Below are positions 19,901 through 27,990 of a DNA stretch of 41,426 bases, one piece after another (the first letter of the stretch is position 1; every line of letters begins with the position of its first letter). The notes beneath the pieces were generated by a model that saw only the letters and a program-made list of their open reading frames with translations, was not told where the DNA came from and made no database searches. A program made the translations under genes and the position numbers. Source of the DNA: a virus (lineage: Duplodnaviria > Caudoviricetes); the IMG/VR virus record IMGVR_UViG_3300027533_000050, positions 1 through 41,426 of that record. One strand, 5' to 3'.

Positions 19901-21216
19901 TTATACCCCTAGCTGTGGCCCCTGATGAATGGGTGCCTGACGAAATCGAGGATAGCCCACTGTTCAATCCTCTCCTAGCTGTCGCTGCTGGCTTACCGGA
20001 ACTCGCGCGTACTGGTCGTTACGTCGCTAACGATGTAGAGACCGTGCTGCGCGAGACACCTATGCGCGTAGCTGCGAAGGATCCATCATACTATCAGTTG
20101 ATGGATGCGTTTTCGCTGGCGCCACCAGTTCACTTCGGTCGATGGATGGGTGAAACAGATATTGGCCGTAGCCAAATGGGCCGTGAGCTTGTGTGGGACA
20201 TAGGTGCTGCCAATGCTATCCGCTACCAGTTCGACTACAGCAACCTCACGAACTTCGAGAGGTACTTCGCGAAGACAGTCTTCCCTTTCTACACCTTCAA
20301 CAAGAACAACTTTGTTCTTCAGGTACAAGAGGTCGCCCAGCGACCGCGGTTCTTGGCTGTCACTTCGGACGTCATCAACTACCTCGGGCAAGTCACGGCC
20401 ACAGAGGAGAATCAGGCCTTCCAGGATATCTTGCCTGAGTACTTCGACAAGCTCGCGATGTTCCGTGTACCGGTGCCTGGCTTCATGCGTGACTTCATGG
20501 GTTTGCCGCAGGATCAGGACCTGTATCTGAACCCCACGATCCCCTTCGCGAGCCTGAACCTCTTCCCACCACTGTGGGAGATTACGAACGATGAGTCACT
20601 GACCCCGACGAACCACCGCTGGCTGCAAATGTTCGCGCCGCTCTTCGGTTCGATCGGACCTAACGCGATTCTGCCTGGCTTCAAGCCCATGCTTGAGTAC
20701 AGTATTGGCTACAATTTAGGCCTCGCACGACCGATTGACTATCAGGCCCTTCAGTCTGGTGGCTGGCGTCACTCGTACCGGGAAGCTCCTAACTTCATGC
20801 GCTATCTGCCGAAGCAACTGCAGAATACCTTCGGTGCATATAAGGACCCAACAACTGGTCAGCTGATGATGGACTCTAGTATGGCATATGTTGCTGAACA
20901 GATGGCCTCACCATTCATAAATGCCTCGGGTGACATTTTCAACTGGGGTCAGGGTGGCGTAGAATCTGATCGCACTAGGGCTAACAACTTCGCCTTCATC
21001 ACTGGCATCCGACTCACTCCAATCGACCCACTACGTCTACAGCGTTCGATGCTCTATCGAATCGAGAACTTCCTCGAGGGCGAGAAGGCTAACGCTAAGC
21101 GTCGCGGTGAGCCGTTCTCGCGTGAGGATAATACTATGCTCTCACGTGTCCGCGCACAGCTCAAGGGTGTTGAACTTGAGTGGGACCGCAAACAGGGAGC
21201 ATTGTACGGTGGCTAG
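16999..21216 (+). CDS. Large internal virion (ejection) protein, 1405 aa
   Basis: GLSIFGDPTTY hydrophobic segment, WKILATSVNPRFHVMN and FDYSNLTNFER..FPFYTF motifs typical of large podoviral ejection proteins. Confidence 0.7.
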   Translation: MAPPRFAPTGRRFGAPPGVRIIDAGSVPPGVRVIDANSPLPSGVRVIDAGQSSRGSGGLFGTNIGPREGFRSIYRRPLSTLGAVFRVLGVGENVAVGALQSGVEDFRTLLKAPTPEKALAAVSPWLWIAAHAPDNFVEVKNAVQENRTYEGWIRESQEPGNFLYDNAFVIGLGLSIFGDPTTYITFGTTSASKVAGQKLLAASYMSSADEATDAILTGVIRRTGENASDYANDYDRIFHRIHTDAQRPYTVGDSLEAVKRADRGQLPDISDQWIKAVGITPRGPVRRTARKVFARGGQGIRFGGAEIPGSRQIAPAFGKMMGKVPGAPDRESLIETFKHVIPNDKLLRVTEDATRAVAMAEFTRANQFMAMARTGAFEDALEHFALDPIRARRAIGAPYLARAQVAVRNIFDDVPLAVPKKDRMNLFKSGHRPTGKYSIALKDMRTAAYKTRDRLLQDAEDMGFTEHGLDSLRSNWDDLARSLDDPVDVLARWEASVVGTMAAHNTIEQIMTNPLLARPVLEGADDLARIEDDMLDLNERIARATSRMNEKGLSNRARMARSGQLQVLQEKSQTLAYNWNVAKARITEQVSGKTIELPPNYTDEVIETPEWIPDVVVRKGDGWTGVFAREEKAGHSLALRIPTDKEIEDSPWKAFARLYVEPEKPHRVWIGTSGMDHEDVLNTAFDMTVKAEKAGLPQPPNPEGWLQSTIVFEKGQVARINLSAFMESGELGGASAKELGMTPAAYQKLVDKVTSDVESFYKSAKPQTRVDKANVRVGGVLDEDAARAAFHENAVPFKWRGKKYFVPAPIEQALTELRNPQLVDKEIRKWFRAINFTQNKWKILATSVNPRFHVMNHIGGVWNNMLGGVYNPGDYAQQWTSLFRQRIGRMDDESSMGKMLGPLKGRIDQDKLARDRELLDAYDARHAGGGFIAHETHPEFQEMKRSSKLQSKKGKAFQVTRRAYAGTVIPLAVAPDEWVPDEIEDSPLFNPLLAVAAGLPELARTGRYVANDVETVLRETPMRVAAKDPSYYQLMDAFSLAPPVHFGRWMGETDIGRSQMGRELVWDIGAANAIRYQFDYSNLTNFERYFAKTVFPFYTFNKNNFVLQVQEVAQRPRFLAVTSDVINYLGQVTATEENQAFQDILPEYFDKLAMFRVPVPGFMRDFMGLPQDQDLYLNPTIPFASLNLFPPLWEITNDESLTPTNHRWLQMFAPLFGSIGPNAILPGFKPMLEYSIGYNLGLARPIDYQALQSGGWRHSYREAPNFMRYLPKQLQNTFGAYKDPTTGQLMMDSSMAYVAEQMASPFINASGDIFNWGQGGVESDRTRANNFAFITGIRLTPIDPLRLQRSMLYRIENFLEGEKANAKRRGEPFSREDNTMLSRVRAQLKGVELEWDRKQGALYGG

Positions 21217-22192
21217 CCCTTGGTACGATCCCAACTTCGGTCGCCGGGTACTTGGTGGTCTTGGCGCTAAGCCTACGCCTCAGAAGATGCGATTTCTACA
21301 GGCATGGGCACAGGCAGAGGGTACACAGGCTCAGTACAATCCGTTCGCTACAACCCGTAAGGGCTTCACAGGCGAGACGAACTTCAACTCTAAGGGCGTC
21401 AAGAACTATCCGGACCTTCAGACTGGGATCAAGGCTACAATCGACACGCTCTCGTTGGGTTACTACACTCATATCGTAGACCTTCTGCGGTCCAACGATG
21501 TGACTGCTGCGCAGCTGGCGAGTGCTGTCGCTGATTCCCCGTGGGGTACTGGCGCTGGGGTGTTGCGTGTGTTGGGTATAACTCAATCAGACGGATACGA
21601 AAAGACGCGCAGTACAGCTCAGTACGGTGCACAGAAGGGCAAACTTGAACAGCAATATCAAACTATCACTCTCGACCGGTTCAGACCGTCTGAGCAATAT
21701 CTCAAGGGACTAGAGGGTATGGGTCAGTCAGGTGCACTAGCACTTCGTGTAGCCTCTGGCTTCCAGCCCTTCACAAAGCAAGAGCCAATACCGATGCCAG
21801 CTATGCCTGCTGATGGTTTGGGCGATACTGGTCCTGCGACGTATCCTAAGGGAGGCTTCCAAGGCAAGGTCTACTACTTGCCTATGAATCAGAAGGGTAC
21901 GCATCCTACTGACAACCTTGGCTGGGACACAAAGTCTGCGGTAGATATCATGCTCGATCCGGGCACGCCACTCGGAGCACCAGAGCCTGGTAGAGTTGTG
22001 AGGTGGGGCAGCGCCCAAGGCGGCGAAGCTCTGTACTTCAAGGGTAAGAGCGGCAGAATGTACTGGCTAGGTCATATCGACAGTCGTGTACCCGTCGGCA
22101 CTCGAGTCAAGCGAGGACAGACAATTGCTCGTGTCTCAGCCGATCATCCTAGACCACATGCCCACTGGGACACAGGAGGAGGAGGTAAGTGA
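21209..22192 (+). CDS. Peptidoglycan hydrolase: lysozyme-like (GH73/glucosaminidase-like) N-domain plus M23 peptidase
   Basis: GTG 21209 with GGGAG RBS. AWAQAEG..YNPFATT..GVKNY in the N-domain; AVDI..GTP..AP..G.V, YWLGHI, VKRGQTI and HAH (M23). Confidence 0.8.
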   Translation: MASPWYDPNFGRRVLGGLGAKPTPQKMRFLQAWAQAEGTQAQYNPFATTRKGFTGETNFNSKGVKNYPDLQTGIKATIDTLSLGYYTHIVDLLRSNDVTAAQLASAVADSPWGTGAGVLRVLGITQSDGYEKTRSTAQYGAQKGKLEQQYQTITLDRFRPSEQYLKGLEGMGQSGALALRVASGFQPFTKQEPIPMPAMPADGLGDTGPATYPKGGFQGKVYYLPMNQKGTHPTDNLGWDTKSAVDIMLDPGTPLGAPEPGRVVRWGSAQGGEALYFKGKSGRMYWLGHIDSRVPVGTRVKRGQTIARVSADHPRPHAHWDTGGGGK

Positions 22193-22755
22193 GTGAGCCG
22201 TCCGATGCTGGCGAGTGGGGTTCTCGTCCAGTTCCTGATCCAACTGTTCTAACTACCTCCCAGCTTTTACGGGAGATTCAAGGAGTAGAGCGTTCGCTAT
22301 CGGCTCTGAAAGAACTTACAGAGTCGGACCTCGAAGGATTGGAGGCAGTCGTTGCTGAGAAGTTCAATTCGGTCGACACTCAATTCAGCCTCATTGAACG
22401 TCAGCGGGTCGAACAGAAAACAGACACGGGGAATGCACTCGCCGCTGCTCTTGCGGCGGCCAAGGAGGCTGTTACGAAGAATGAGGAAGCAACTAAGGAG
22501 CAGCTAGCACAGCTGAAGAATACCTTTGATACTGCTATCGCCGGTGTTCAGGCCCTCCTAAACGATCTTCGTGATCGCGTAGGACGAATCGAGAACGTCA
22601 AGCAAGGCGGACAGGAGCAGAGGACAGAGGACCGTGCTGGCATCAACTCGACTACAGCAATTATTGGCGCACTAGTTGCTGTCGTGATTCTTGCCTTAGC
22701 TTTGTATGCAGGGCTAAGAACTTCGCAGGTACCATCCGGGTTTATCTACTGGTAA
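22189..22755 (+). CDS. Coiled-coil protein with C-terminal TM helix (lysis-associated membrane protein)
   Basis: GGAGG RBS, long coiled coil, C-terminal IIGALVAVVILALALYAGL. Confidence 0.65.
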   Translation: MSEPSDAGEWGSRPVPDPTVLTTSQLLREIQGVERSLSALKELTESDLEGLEAVVAEKFNSVDTQFSLIERQRVEQKTDTGNALAAALAAAKEAVTKNEEATKEQLAQLKNTFDTAIAGVQALLNDLRDRVGRIENVKQGGQEQRTEDRAGINSTTAIIGALVAVVILALALYAGLRTSQVPSGFIYW

Positions 22756-22764
22756 GGGGGCAAC

Positions 22765-22989
22765 ATGTTCAAGAACCTCAACAGGATCGCAAAAGCTATT
22801 GTAGCTTGGGCTATACCCACAGCTACAGTGCTTGTGAGTGTCAGCTCAGACCTCGCTGGCATCACTGAAGATGGTATCGTCAGTGGTGCTGAGTGGCAGC
22901 TGCTTGGTGTGGGTATCATCTCTGGACTGCTCACATACTTCAAGCGCAATACACCCCCACCCGTGCCTGGCGCTGACGTAATTCCGTAA
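22765..22989 (+). CDS. Putative holin (2 TM)
   Basis: 74 aa. KAIVAW..., DGIVSGAEW, GLLTYFKRN pattern; last gene of the late unit. Confidence 0.7.
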   Translation: MFKNLNRIAKAIVAWAIPTATVLVSVSSDLAGITEDGIVSGAEWQLLGVGIISGLLTYFKRNTPPPVPGADVIP

Positions 22990-22999
22990 GTTCAACAGA

Positions 23000-23075
23000 G
23001 CTGGGAGTCGCCCTCTCCCCCCCCCTCCCAGCACGAAGCCCCCTGCTTAGGCCTCCTGACAGGGGGCTTCGTTTA
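23000..23075. terminator. Double hairpin between convergent transcription units, likely bidirectional terminator
   Basis: GCTGGGAG/CTCCCAGC (23000-23032) and a 13-bp stem ACGAAGCCCCCTG/CAGGGGGCTTCGT (23033-23072) followed by TT. Confidence 0.75.
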
Positions 23076-23091
23076 GCGCCGACTAGATAAA

Positions 23092-23187
23092 CTACCTCCT
23101 GACGATGTAGATGAGGGCACAGATGATGAGCAGGATCACGAGGATTGTGACCAGCATGTTGTTGCTGATCTCCGCTGCTAATATCAT
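23092..23187 (-). CDS. Small membrane peptide MILAAEISNNMLVTILVILLIICALIYIVRR (31 aa)
   Basis: AGGAGGT RBS, TAATG overlap with the upstream peptidase stop, single TM plus RR. Confidence 0.7.
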   Translation of the reverse strand: MILAAEISNNMLVTILVILLIICALIYIVRR

Positions 23188-23645
23188 TATACCTCCTCTG
23201 AATGAACACCGCTTACGTGGATATGGAACATGTGCGAGGTGTTGCCGTCATACCTGTGCCATCCAAGCTCGGGGTTCCAGGCTTTGGGCCCTCGTTGTGC
23301 CTTGTCCCACGACCGGCTCCAGATCCTCATACCAAGAATGACGTAGTTGATGGAGAGAGCTTTGTGATGACGGACGTACAGCTTGGCCAGTCGCCGCGCT
23401 TTGAGATAGTTGTAACCCCGATTCAGGAACCGGTCCTTGCGACCTAGGTCAAACGCGAACGCTGGTGGACCGATACCATGATCGCCTGCCTTATTGACAT
23501 AGGTGCCTAGATCAGTGAAGCCACGAACTCGACCCATTGAGTACGCCAGCCACAGTGTTGAGCTGAGTGAGGTCCAACCTTGGTTGGGCTTGACGAGCTT
23601 CTTGTGCTTCTTCTGGTAACGCTTGCGGAGTTGTTCGTAGGTCAT
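23187..23645 (-). CDS. M15-like Zn peptidase (putative endolysin)
   Basis: GDH...AFD, YVI..RIW and HMFHIHVS motifs. Start at ATGA overlap 23645. Confidence 0.7.
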   Translation of the reverse strand: MTYEQLRKRYQKKHKKLVKPNQGWTSLSSTLWLAYSMGRVRGFTDLGTYVNKAGDHGIGPPAFAFDLGRKDRFLNRGYNYLKARRLAKLYVRHHKALSINYVILGMRIWSRSWDKAQRGPKAWNPELGWHRYDGNTSHMFHIHVSGVHSEEV

Positions 23646-24256
23646 GGCAATCGGCCCATAGTGAACGCGAAACCATCCCACCCCACAGGTAGCTTGGCTG
23701 CGTCGTAGAATGGGCTAATGGATGAATCTGGGAAACCCCGCTCAGTTAGATCACGAGCGTAGGTGAGCGTGTCCCAGACTTCAGTCATCGCACCGTTGTA
23801 GCACTGTGGTACAAGACGCACTCGGCAGGTAAGAATCCGCTTGACGAAGTTCGGCGACATCCATCCACCTTGATTCGCTTCCATCGTCCAAGATGTACCA
23901 GTCCAAGGTCGAAACAGACGCCACTCCTCGAGCGTAGAGGCGATCTTGTTCGGATCGTCTACCTCTGGACGAAGGTCGTGCTCCTCCATATCGAACTGTA
24001 CCTTCAACCCTGGTATAAATAAACGAGTGTACTCAGCATTGACTATGGCTGCGATTTGTTTGGGTGTTTTGCCGATGAACTGCGGCCAGTTCGTGACCAT
24101 GTAGAGTCCTACAGCATGACCCCTACTCTGTGTATCTTGGAGATTAGCTTTGGTAGTCAGGCTATCGAACATAGGCCAGAAGTAGCCGTCGATTCCGTGT
24201 CGATCTCCGACTGCGAAGTCGGGATCGTCTCCAGTAACTGTCCATACAAACCTCAT
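23642..24256 (-). CDS. Putative TIM-barrel glycoside hydrolase
   Basis: GHAVGLY, VQFDMEE (DxE) and VPQCY motifs. AGGAGGT RBS before ATG 24256. Confidence 0.5.
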   Translation of the reverse strand: MRFVWTVTGDDPDFAVGDRHGIDGYFWPMFDSLTTKANLQDTQSRGHAVGLYMVTNWPQFIGKTPKQIAAIVNAEYTRLFIPGLKVQFDMEEHDLRPEVDDPNKIASTLEEWRLFRPWTGTSWTMEANQGGWMSPNFVKRILTCRVRLVPQCYNGAMTEVWDTLTYARDLTERGFPDSSISPFYDAAKLPVGWDGFAFTMGRLP

Positions 24257-24264
24257 ATTACCTC

Positions 24265-24726
24265 CTATGGCTGGCAGATACCTGCCCACTCATGCCAATC
24301 TGTACCACCTTTCGATAGATAGAGTGCTGCTTTGGCGTTCACCCAGGAGTTGTAGAGATCACGGGCGATGACAGTGTGACGGTTACCCCACCTCACAAAA
24401 CGCCCCACGTTTCCTGGGTGAACTTGAAAGAGACCTGCTGTCCTCGATTCGCGGTTTGTGGCCCAACGACTATATGTGTCCCCTGTCTCACAACTTACTA
24501 CCAGCATCGCGTCCTGCTGGGTATGGTTGGGGAACACAGTGTAGATGACGCGTTGGGCTTTGATGCAGTTCCGTAGGTGGAATGAGTCTACATGCAACCG
24601 GCAGAAATTATCCGGTGATTGCCACCCTCGGTAGTGACTGACCTTGTGATGCCCGGGCTGTGCTTGACCTGTGGCTATAAGAGCTAGGACAGCCACTACA
24701 ACGATTGCAGCTGCGATCCACTTCAC
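24265..24726 (-). CDS. Secreted lytic transglycosylase (SLT/Rpf-like)
   Basis: Signal peptide MKWIAAAIVVVAVLALIATGQA; catalytic CET, AGLFQ, NAKAA and W..W motifs. Confidence 0.75.
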   Translation of the reverse strand: MKWIAAAIVVVAVLALIATGQAQPGHHKVSHYRGWQSPDNFCRLHVDSFHLRNCIKAQRVIYTVFPNHTQQDAMLVVSCETGDTYSRWATNRESRTAGLFQVHPGNVGRFVRWGNRHTVIARDLYNSWVNAKAALYLSKGGTDWHEWAGICQP

Positions 24727-24732
24727 AGAACC

Positions 24733-25026
24733 TCATTTCCGAGTGCTTCGCTTGAGGATTCTTTCGACCTCATCCACAGACGAGACTACCTCACCGATAC
24801 CACCAGCTTCTCGTATGCGGTGGAGGACTACTTCCTGCCTGGGCGAAGGTTTCTCGCCAGGTAGTTTTACCTCAAGCCCCATGAACCGACCCATATAGCA
24901 TACAAACAGGTCGGGTAGTCCTACTTCTTGGAACTTATCGTCACTGCCTTGGATCTTTGCGGACCATGCACCCCGACTCGCTAGATGACGGCGGATCTTC
25001 AGGACTAGCCTCGATTCGGGTTGCAT
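24733..25026 (-). CDS. VRR-NUC domain nuclease (putative resolvase)
   Basis: ES.L, GLPDL, GLEVK..G.KPSPRQ, GG...VV.S motifs. Confidence 0.9.
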   Translation of the reverse strand: MQPESRLVLKIRRHLASRGAWSAKIQGSDDKFQEVGLPDLFVCYMGRFMGLEVKLPGEKPSPRQEVVLHRIREAGGIGEVVSSVDEVERILKRSTRK

Positions 25027-25032
25027 ATCAGC

Positions 25033-25041
25033 ACCTTACCA
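25033..25041 (-). promoter_or_regulatory. Extended -10 promoter (TGG-TAAGGT), leaderless-type
   Basis: TGnTANNNT 6 nt upstream of the VRR-NUC ATG; no SD in between. Confidence 0.5.
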
Positions 25042-25057
25042 TAGAGGAGGGATGACA

Positions 25058-25097
25058 CCGAGGGGACGGAACCGGCGTGAAGGCCCCGCCCCCTCGG
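25058..25097. terminator. Imperfect GC-rich hairpin after the recombination/SSB block
   Basis: CCGAGGGG...CCCCTCGG arms in an intergenic gap. Confidence 0.5.
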
Positions 25098-25110
25098 ACT
25101 TAGTCAGTCG

Positions 25111-25368
25111 CTAGGACTGAATCCTAAGGATCATCTCGTGCATCGCTTTATTGCAGTTTGAGAAGCGACCCACAAGAGCCTGTAGTTCGTTTACAGGAGC
25201 TGCTACGGGATGAGTTCCCGGCTCAACCGACTCGGATGGAACAAGAAACGGTTGTGCTCTGCCTTCGAGTAGGGGTATAAGACTGCTGTACTGGTCGATT
25301 TCTCGATCGAGAGCACTAATGATAGTAGCTCTATCGGGACCTGGTGACACTCCTACTAGACCCTCCAT
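25111..25368 (-). CDS. Hypothetical protein (85 aa)
   Basis: TAATG coupling to the SSB stop. Confidence 0.65.
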   Translation of the reverse strand: MEGLVGVSPGPDRATIISALDREIDQYSSLIPLLEGRAQPFLVPSESVEPGTHPVAAPVNELQALVGRFSNCNKAMHEMILRIQS

Positions 25369-25940
25369 TACATGTCCTCCTCAGTGTCTACGTCGTCGAG
25401 GTCGTCCTCGTCGTCTTCTTCCTCATCCTCATCTTCGTCATCTTCATCCTCATCCTCGTCGTCTTCTTCATCTTCGTCGTCCTCATCTTCATCCTCGTCC
25501 TCAGCTTCGAGCTGGTCCTTCGGGAGAACATCGACACAGCGGGACTGAATCTTCTTCTTGTACTCCTCGTCCTCGACAATGATGCCGATGACCTTGCCGA
25601 CGAGCTTGTTCGGATCGAAGTTGACGGCCTTGCCCGTGACGTTCTTGCCCGTTGATGCGAAGATGAGGTTCCGCAAGTTGAACAGGGCGTCGGGCTTTAG
25701 GGACGTGTAGTAGTGGAACGTCGTACCCTTGTATTTCTTGTTGCCGCTGGCAGACTCGGTGACCTGGAACTGCCAGTGGAATGAACGTCCCTTCTCGGTC
25801 TTGTGCGGTTCGACCTTGGTGATCTTGGCGAGGTAATCGCCCTCGGGGATACGTCGACCACCACGCCGCTGTCCGGGGGTACCCTCCACATCACCGAAGT
25901 TGATCTTGGTTACTTTGGTCTTTCTGGCTGGTCTTGCCAT
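25368..25940 (-). CDS. ssDNA-binding protein (DUF669-like) with long acidic tail
   Basis: IPEGDY.AKI OB-fold start; follows the Sak4-like ATPase; about 34 consecutive D/E. Confidence 0.8.
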   Translation of the reverse strand: MARPARKTKVTKINFGDVEGTPGQRRGGRRIPEGDYLAKITKVEPHKTEKGRSFHWQFQVTESASGNKKYKGTTFHYYTSLKPDALFNLRNLIFASTGKNVTGKAVNFDPNKLVGKVIGIIVEDEEYKKKIQSRCVDVLPKDQLEAEDEDEDEDDEDEEDDEDEDEDDEDEDEEEDDEDDLDDVDTEEDM

Positions 25941-26753
25941 TTACTCTGCCTCCTTGGAGATGAACTCGATCATCTGAGAGATGTCAGGCGCGTCAATGTA
26001 TGGCGCACCAAAGTGGTACCGATCTTTCGTCTGGTATCGATCTGCAGGATCGTCTATCAGCAACCTCCTTCTTACGATTCGCTCACGTTTCTTCTGCCCC
26101 TTGCGCTTGACGTTTACCTGGCGCTTGTGCAGATAGCCGATTAGAGGGACAGCTCTTTCCGCTGCACCTGCAGCAGCTGGTGTCAGGGCTGGACCAATAT
26201 AGATCTCCTGCTCATCATCCTCATCGCCCACAGCAGTCTTACGTTCAGTGGCTGTGTAGATGACGTTCATGGGTAGGTTACGGTAGTTGGTGATCTGAGT
26301 CTTCATCAACTCACCAACCTTGCCCCACAGTCTTCGGTCCATCATATCGGGGTCACGACTAGCATCGCGGCTAGTCTCATCACCCAGCACGAACCTGACT
26401 GCAAGGTCCTGCATTGCTGTCAGTCCATCAAGGATAACCGAGTCGAACGCGTGGTCTCCCTCCTGTAGGAACCAGTAGATATCAGTCAACTCGGACCAGA
26501 ACTTGACCTCGATGGTGTTGGGGTTATGCGGCTCCTTTCTTACTGAGTCCCAACCCTCCTCATTGATATCTATGAGCAGCGGGTTAGGTGCCGTACACGC
26601 TAGCCTCGTTTTACCCGCGCCCGATCGTCCGTAGATAAGTACACGGAATCGTTGGGGGCGCTCACTCGCGAGCATTATTCTCTTCGCCACACGCTTCGCC
26701 ACCTTCGATCGATCTACCACTGTGGTCGTACTTCGTCTTCGTCTTGGTGCCAC
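25941..26753 (-). CDS. Sak4-like AAA_24 ATPase (recombinase)
   Basis: LIYGRSGAGKT, LLIDINEEG, VILDGLT, WG, KDR; exonuclease-ATPase-SSB synteny. Confidence 0.85.
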   Translation of the reverse strand: MAPRRRRSTTTVVDRSKVAKRVAKRIMLASERPQRFRVLIYGRSGAGKTRLACTAPNPLLIDINEEGWDSVRKEPHNPNTIEVKFWSELTDIYWFLQEGDHAFDSVILDGLTAMQDLAVRFVLGDETSRDASRDPDMMDRRLWGKVGELMKTQITNYRNLPMNVIYTATERKTAVGDEDDEQEIYIGPALTPAAAGAAERAVPLIGYLHKRQVNVKRKGQKKRERIVRRRLLIDDPADRYQTKDRYHFGAPYIDAPDISQMIEFISKEAE

Positions 26754-27844
26754 TAGTTGACCTCCTCAACCGTGTAGCGTTCGGGTTCGACATGGAAAGA
26801 TTTCTTCATCAGGTTGGTGATGTCGAGTCCTTGGAAGGAGGCAACACACGCCTCATGGAAAGAACACGAGAACTTACAGTTGTAGATATAGTTACGGATC
26901 GGTTCGACTCGGTTCTGGATACGACCCACAGCGATGATGTATTCCTTGAGGCCGTTATCCATACGCGGGCCATCAAGGGGGATGCGCTGACGGTCAAACC
27001 ACAGTGTCTCACGGGCCTTCAACTCCTTGAGCTTGGGTCGGTATACAGTCTTAGCGAACTTCTTCCATTGCTTGCCGTGAGCCTTCTTGATCGCGCGCAG
27101 ATAGGTCATTACGTCGGTGTCGATGTTCTTCCGCATCGTGACAGTGCCGTTCTGGAGTATATACGGTATCGCTGGGGGCTTTGTACGGCCGTAGTCGTAG
27201 ATGAATCCACGAATATCCCAGCCCAACGATCGAAGAGCCCAGGCGTACATGATGTTCTGCGGGCTCATCATTCGTTCGTCGGTACTAGGTAGTGACTTCA
27301 TCCACTTGGCATCACGAATCCAATAGCCGCCATATTCGAGGTCCCGGACAAGGATATCGACTTGCCCTTTGAAGATACCCTTGAGACCAAACTGCTTGAG
27401 TGGCACTTGGATGACAAACTCCACCGCGGGTTCACCCTTAGGTAGTCGAGCGGTGTGGAACTTTTCATCGTCGTCCTTGTAGTAACGCAGGTAGCGTCGC
27501 ATGAGACTGCCGCACTGATCTGGAAGATCACCATAGTACTCCTGCTCCTCCTCGAAGAGTTCAGAGAACTCGTCGCTAAGCTCTTCGTGCTTCTCCTGCC
27601 ACCCATTACCGATGCCTGCGACCTCAAGCCAGTGTGCCTGCATGAGCGTGTGCATCCACCCACCACGTTTGAGTCCTTCGGGTAGGCGGTTAGGCTGGAG
27701 CTCACCTCGTTTGCCAAGCTCTTCTTTCGGGTAGTCGTAGCGAAACGAGTAGGCCATCTCACAGCGGGTGAACAGCTTGACTCGTGAGTTGTTGTAGGCT
27801 ACAGGCTTACGGCGAGGTCGGGCGGCTTTCGATGAAGTTGTCAA
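26753..27844 (-). CDS. PD-(D/E)XK Cas4/RecB-like exonuclease
   Basis: S....RC, G..MH, E, GQVDIL, IRDAK, Q..MY and C-terminal C..C..C. Likely TTG start at 27844. Confidence 0.85.
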   Translation of the reverse strand: MTTSSKAARPRRKPVAYNNSRVKLFTRCEMAYSFRYDYPKEELGKRGELQPNRLPEGLKRGGWMHTLMQAHWLEVAGIGNGWQEKHEELSDEFSELFEEEQEYYGDLPDQCGSLMRRYLRYYKDDDEKFHTARLPKGEPAVEFVIQVPLKQFGLKGIFKGQVDILVRDLEYGGYWIRDAKWMKSLPSTDERMMSPQNIMYAWALRSLGWDIRGFIYDYGRTKPPAIPYILQNGTVTMRKNIDTDVMTYLRAIKKAHGKQWKKFAKTVYRPKLKELKARETLWFDRQRIPLDGPRMDNGLKEYIIAVGRIQNRVEPIRNYIYNCKFSCSFHEACVASFQGLDITNLMKKSFHVEPERYTVEEVN

Positions 27845-27983
27845 GGTCCTCCCTTCGCACTCGCCAGGTGTGCCCATTGATCTTCACAGCACGAAGCTCT
27901 CCCTCCCGAATCCACTTAGAAACGGTGCGTGGTTTCACGCCGAGAATTTTTGCCACCTCTCTTGTCTTTAGCAATTTACCCAT
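27807..27983 (-). CDS. Excisionase-like HTH DNA-binding protein
   Basis: LLKTREVAKILGVKPRTVSKWIREGELRAVKING..WRV; ATG 27983. Confidence 0.9.
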   Translation of the reverse strand: MGKLLKTREVAKILGVKPRTVSKWIREGELRAVKINGHTWRVRREDLDNFIESRPTSP

Positions 27984-27990
27984 CTCCTCT

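Noticed and set aside
25375-25505. (TCC/TCA/TCG/TCT)n simple-repeat tract and overlapping ORFs with poly-hydrophobic or Arg/His runs
   Set aside because: It is the antisense of the D/E codons of the SSB tail; the alternative ORFs are shadows.
26753-27877. Cas4-like nuclease as evidence of CRISPR
   Set aside because: It sits in the standard phage exonuclease-Sak4-SSB recombination module.
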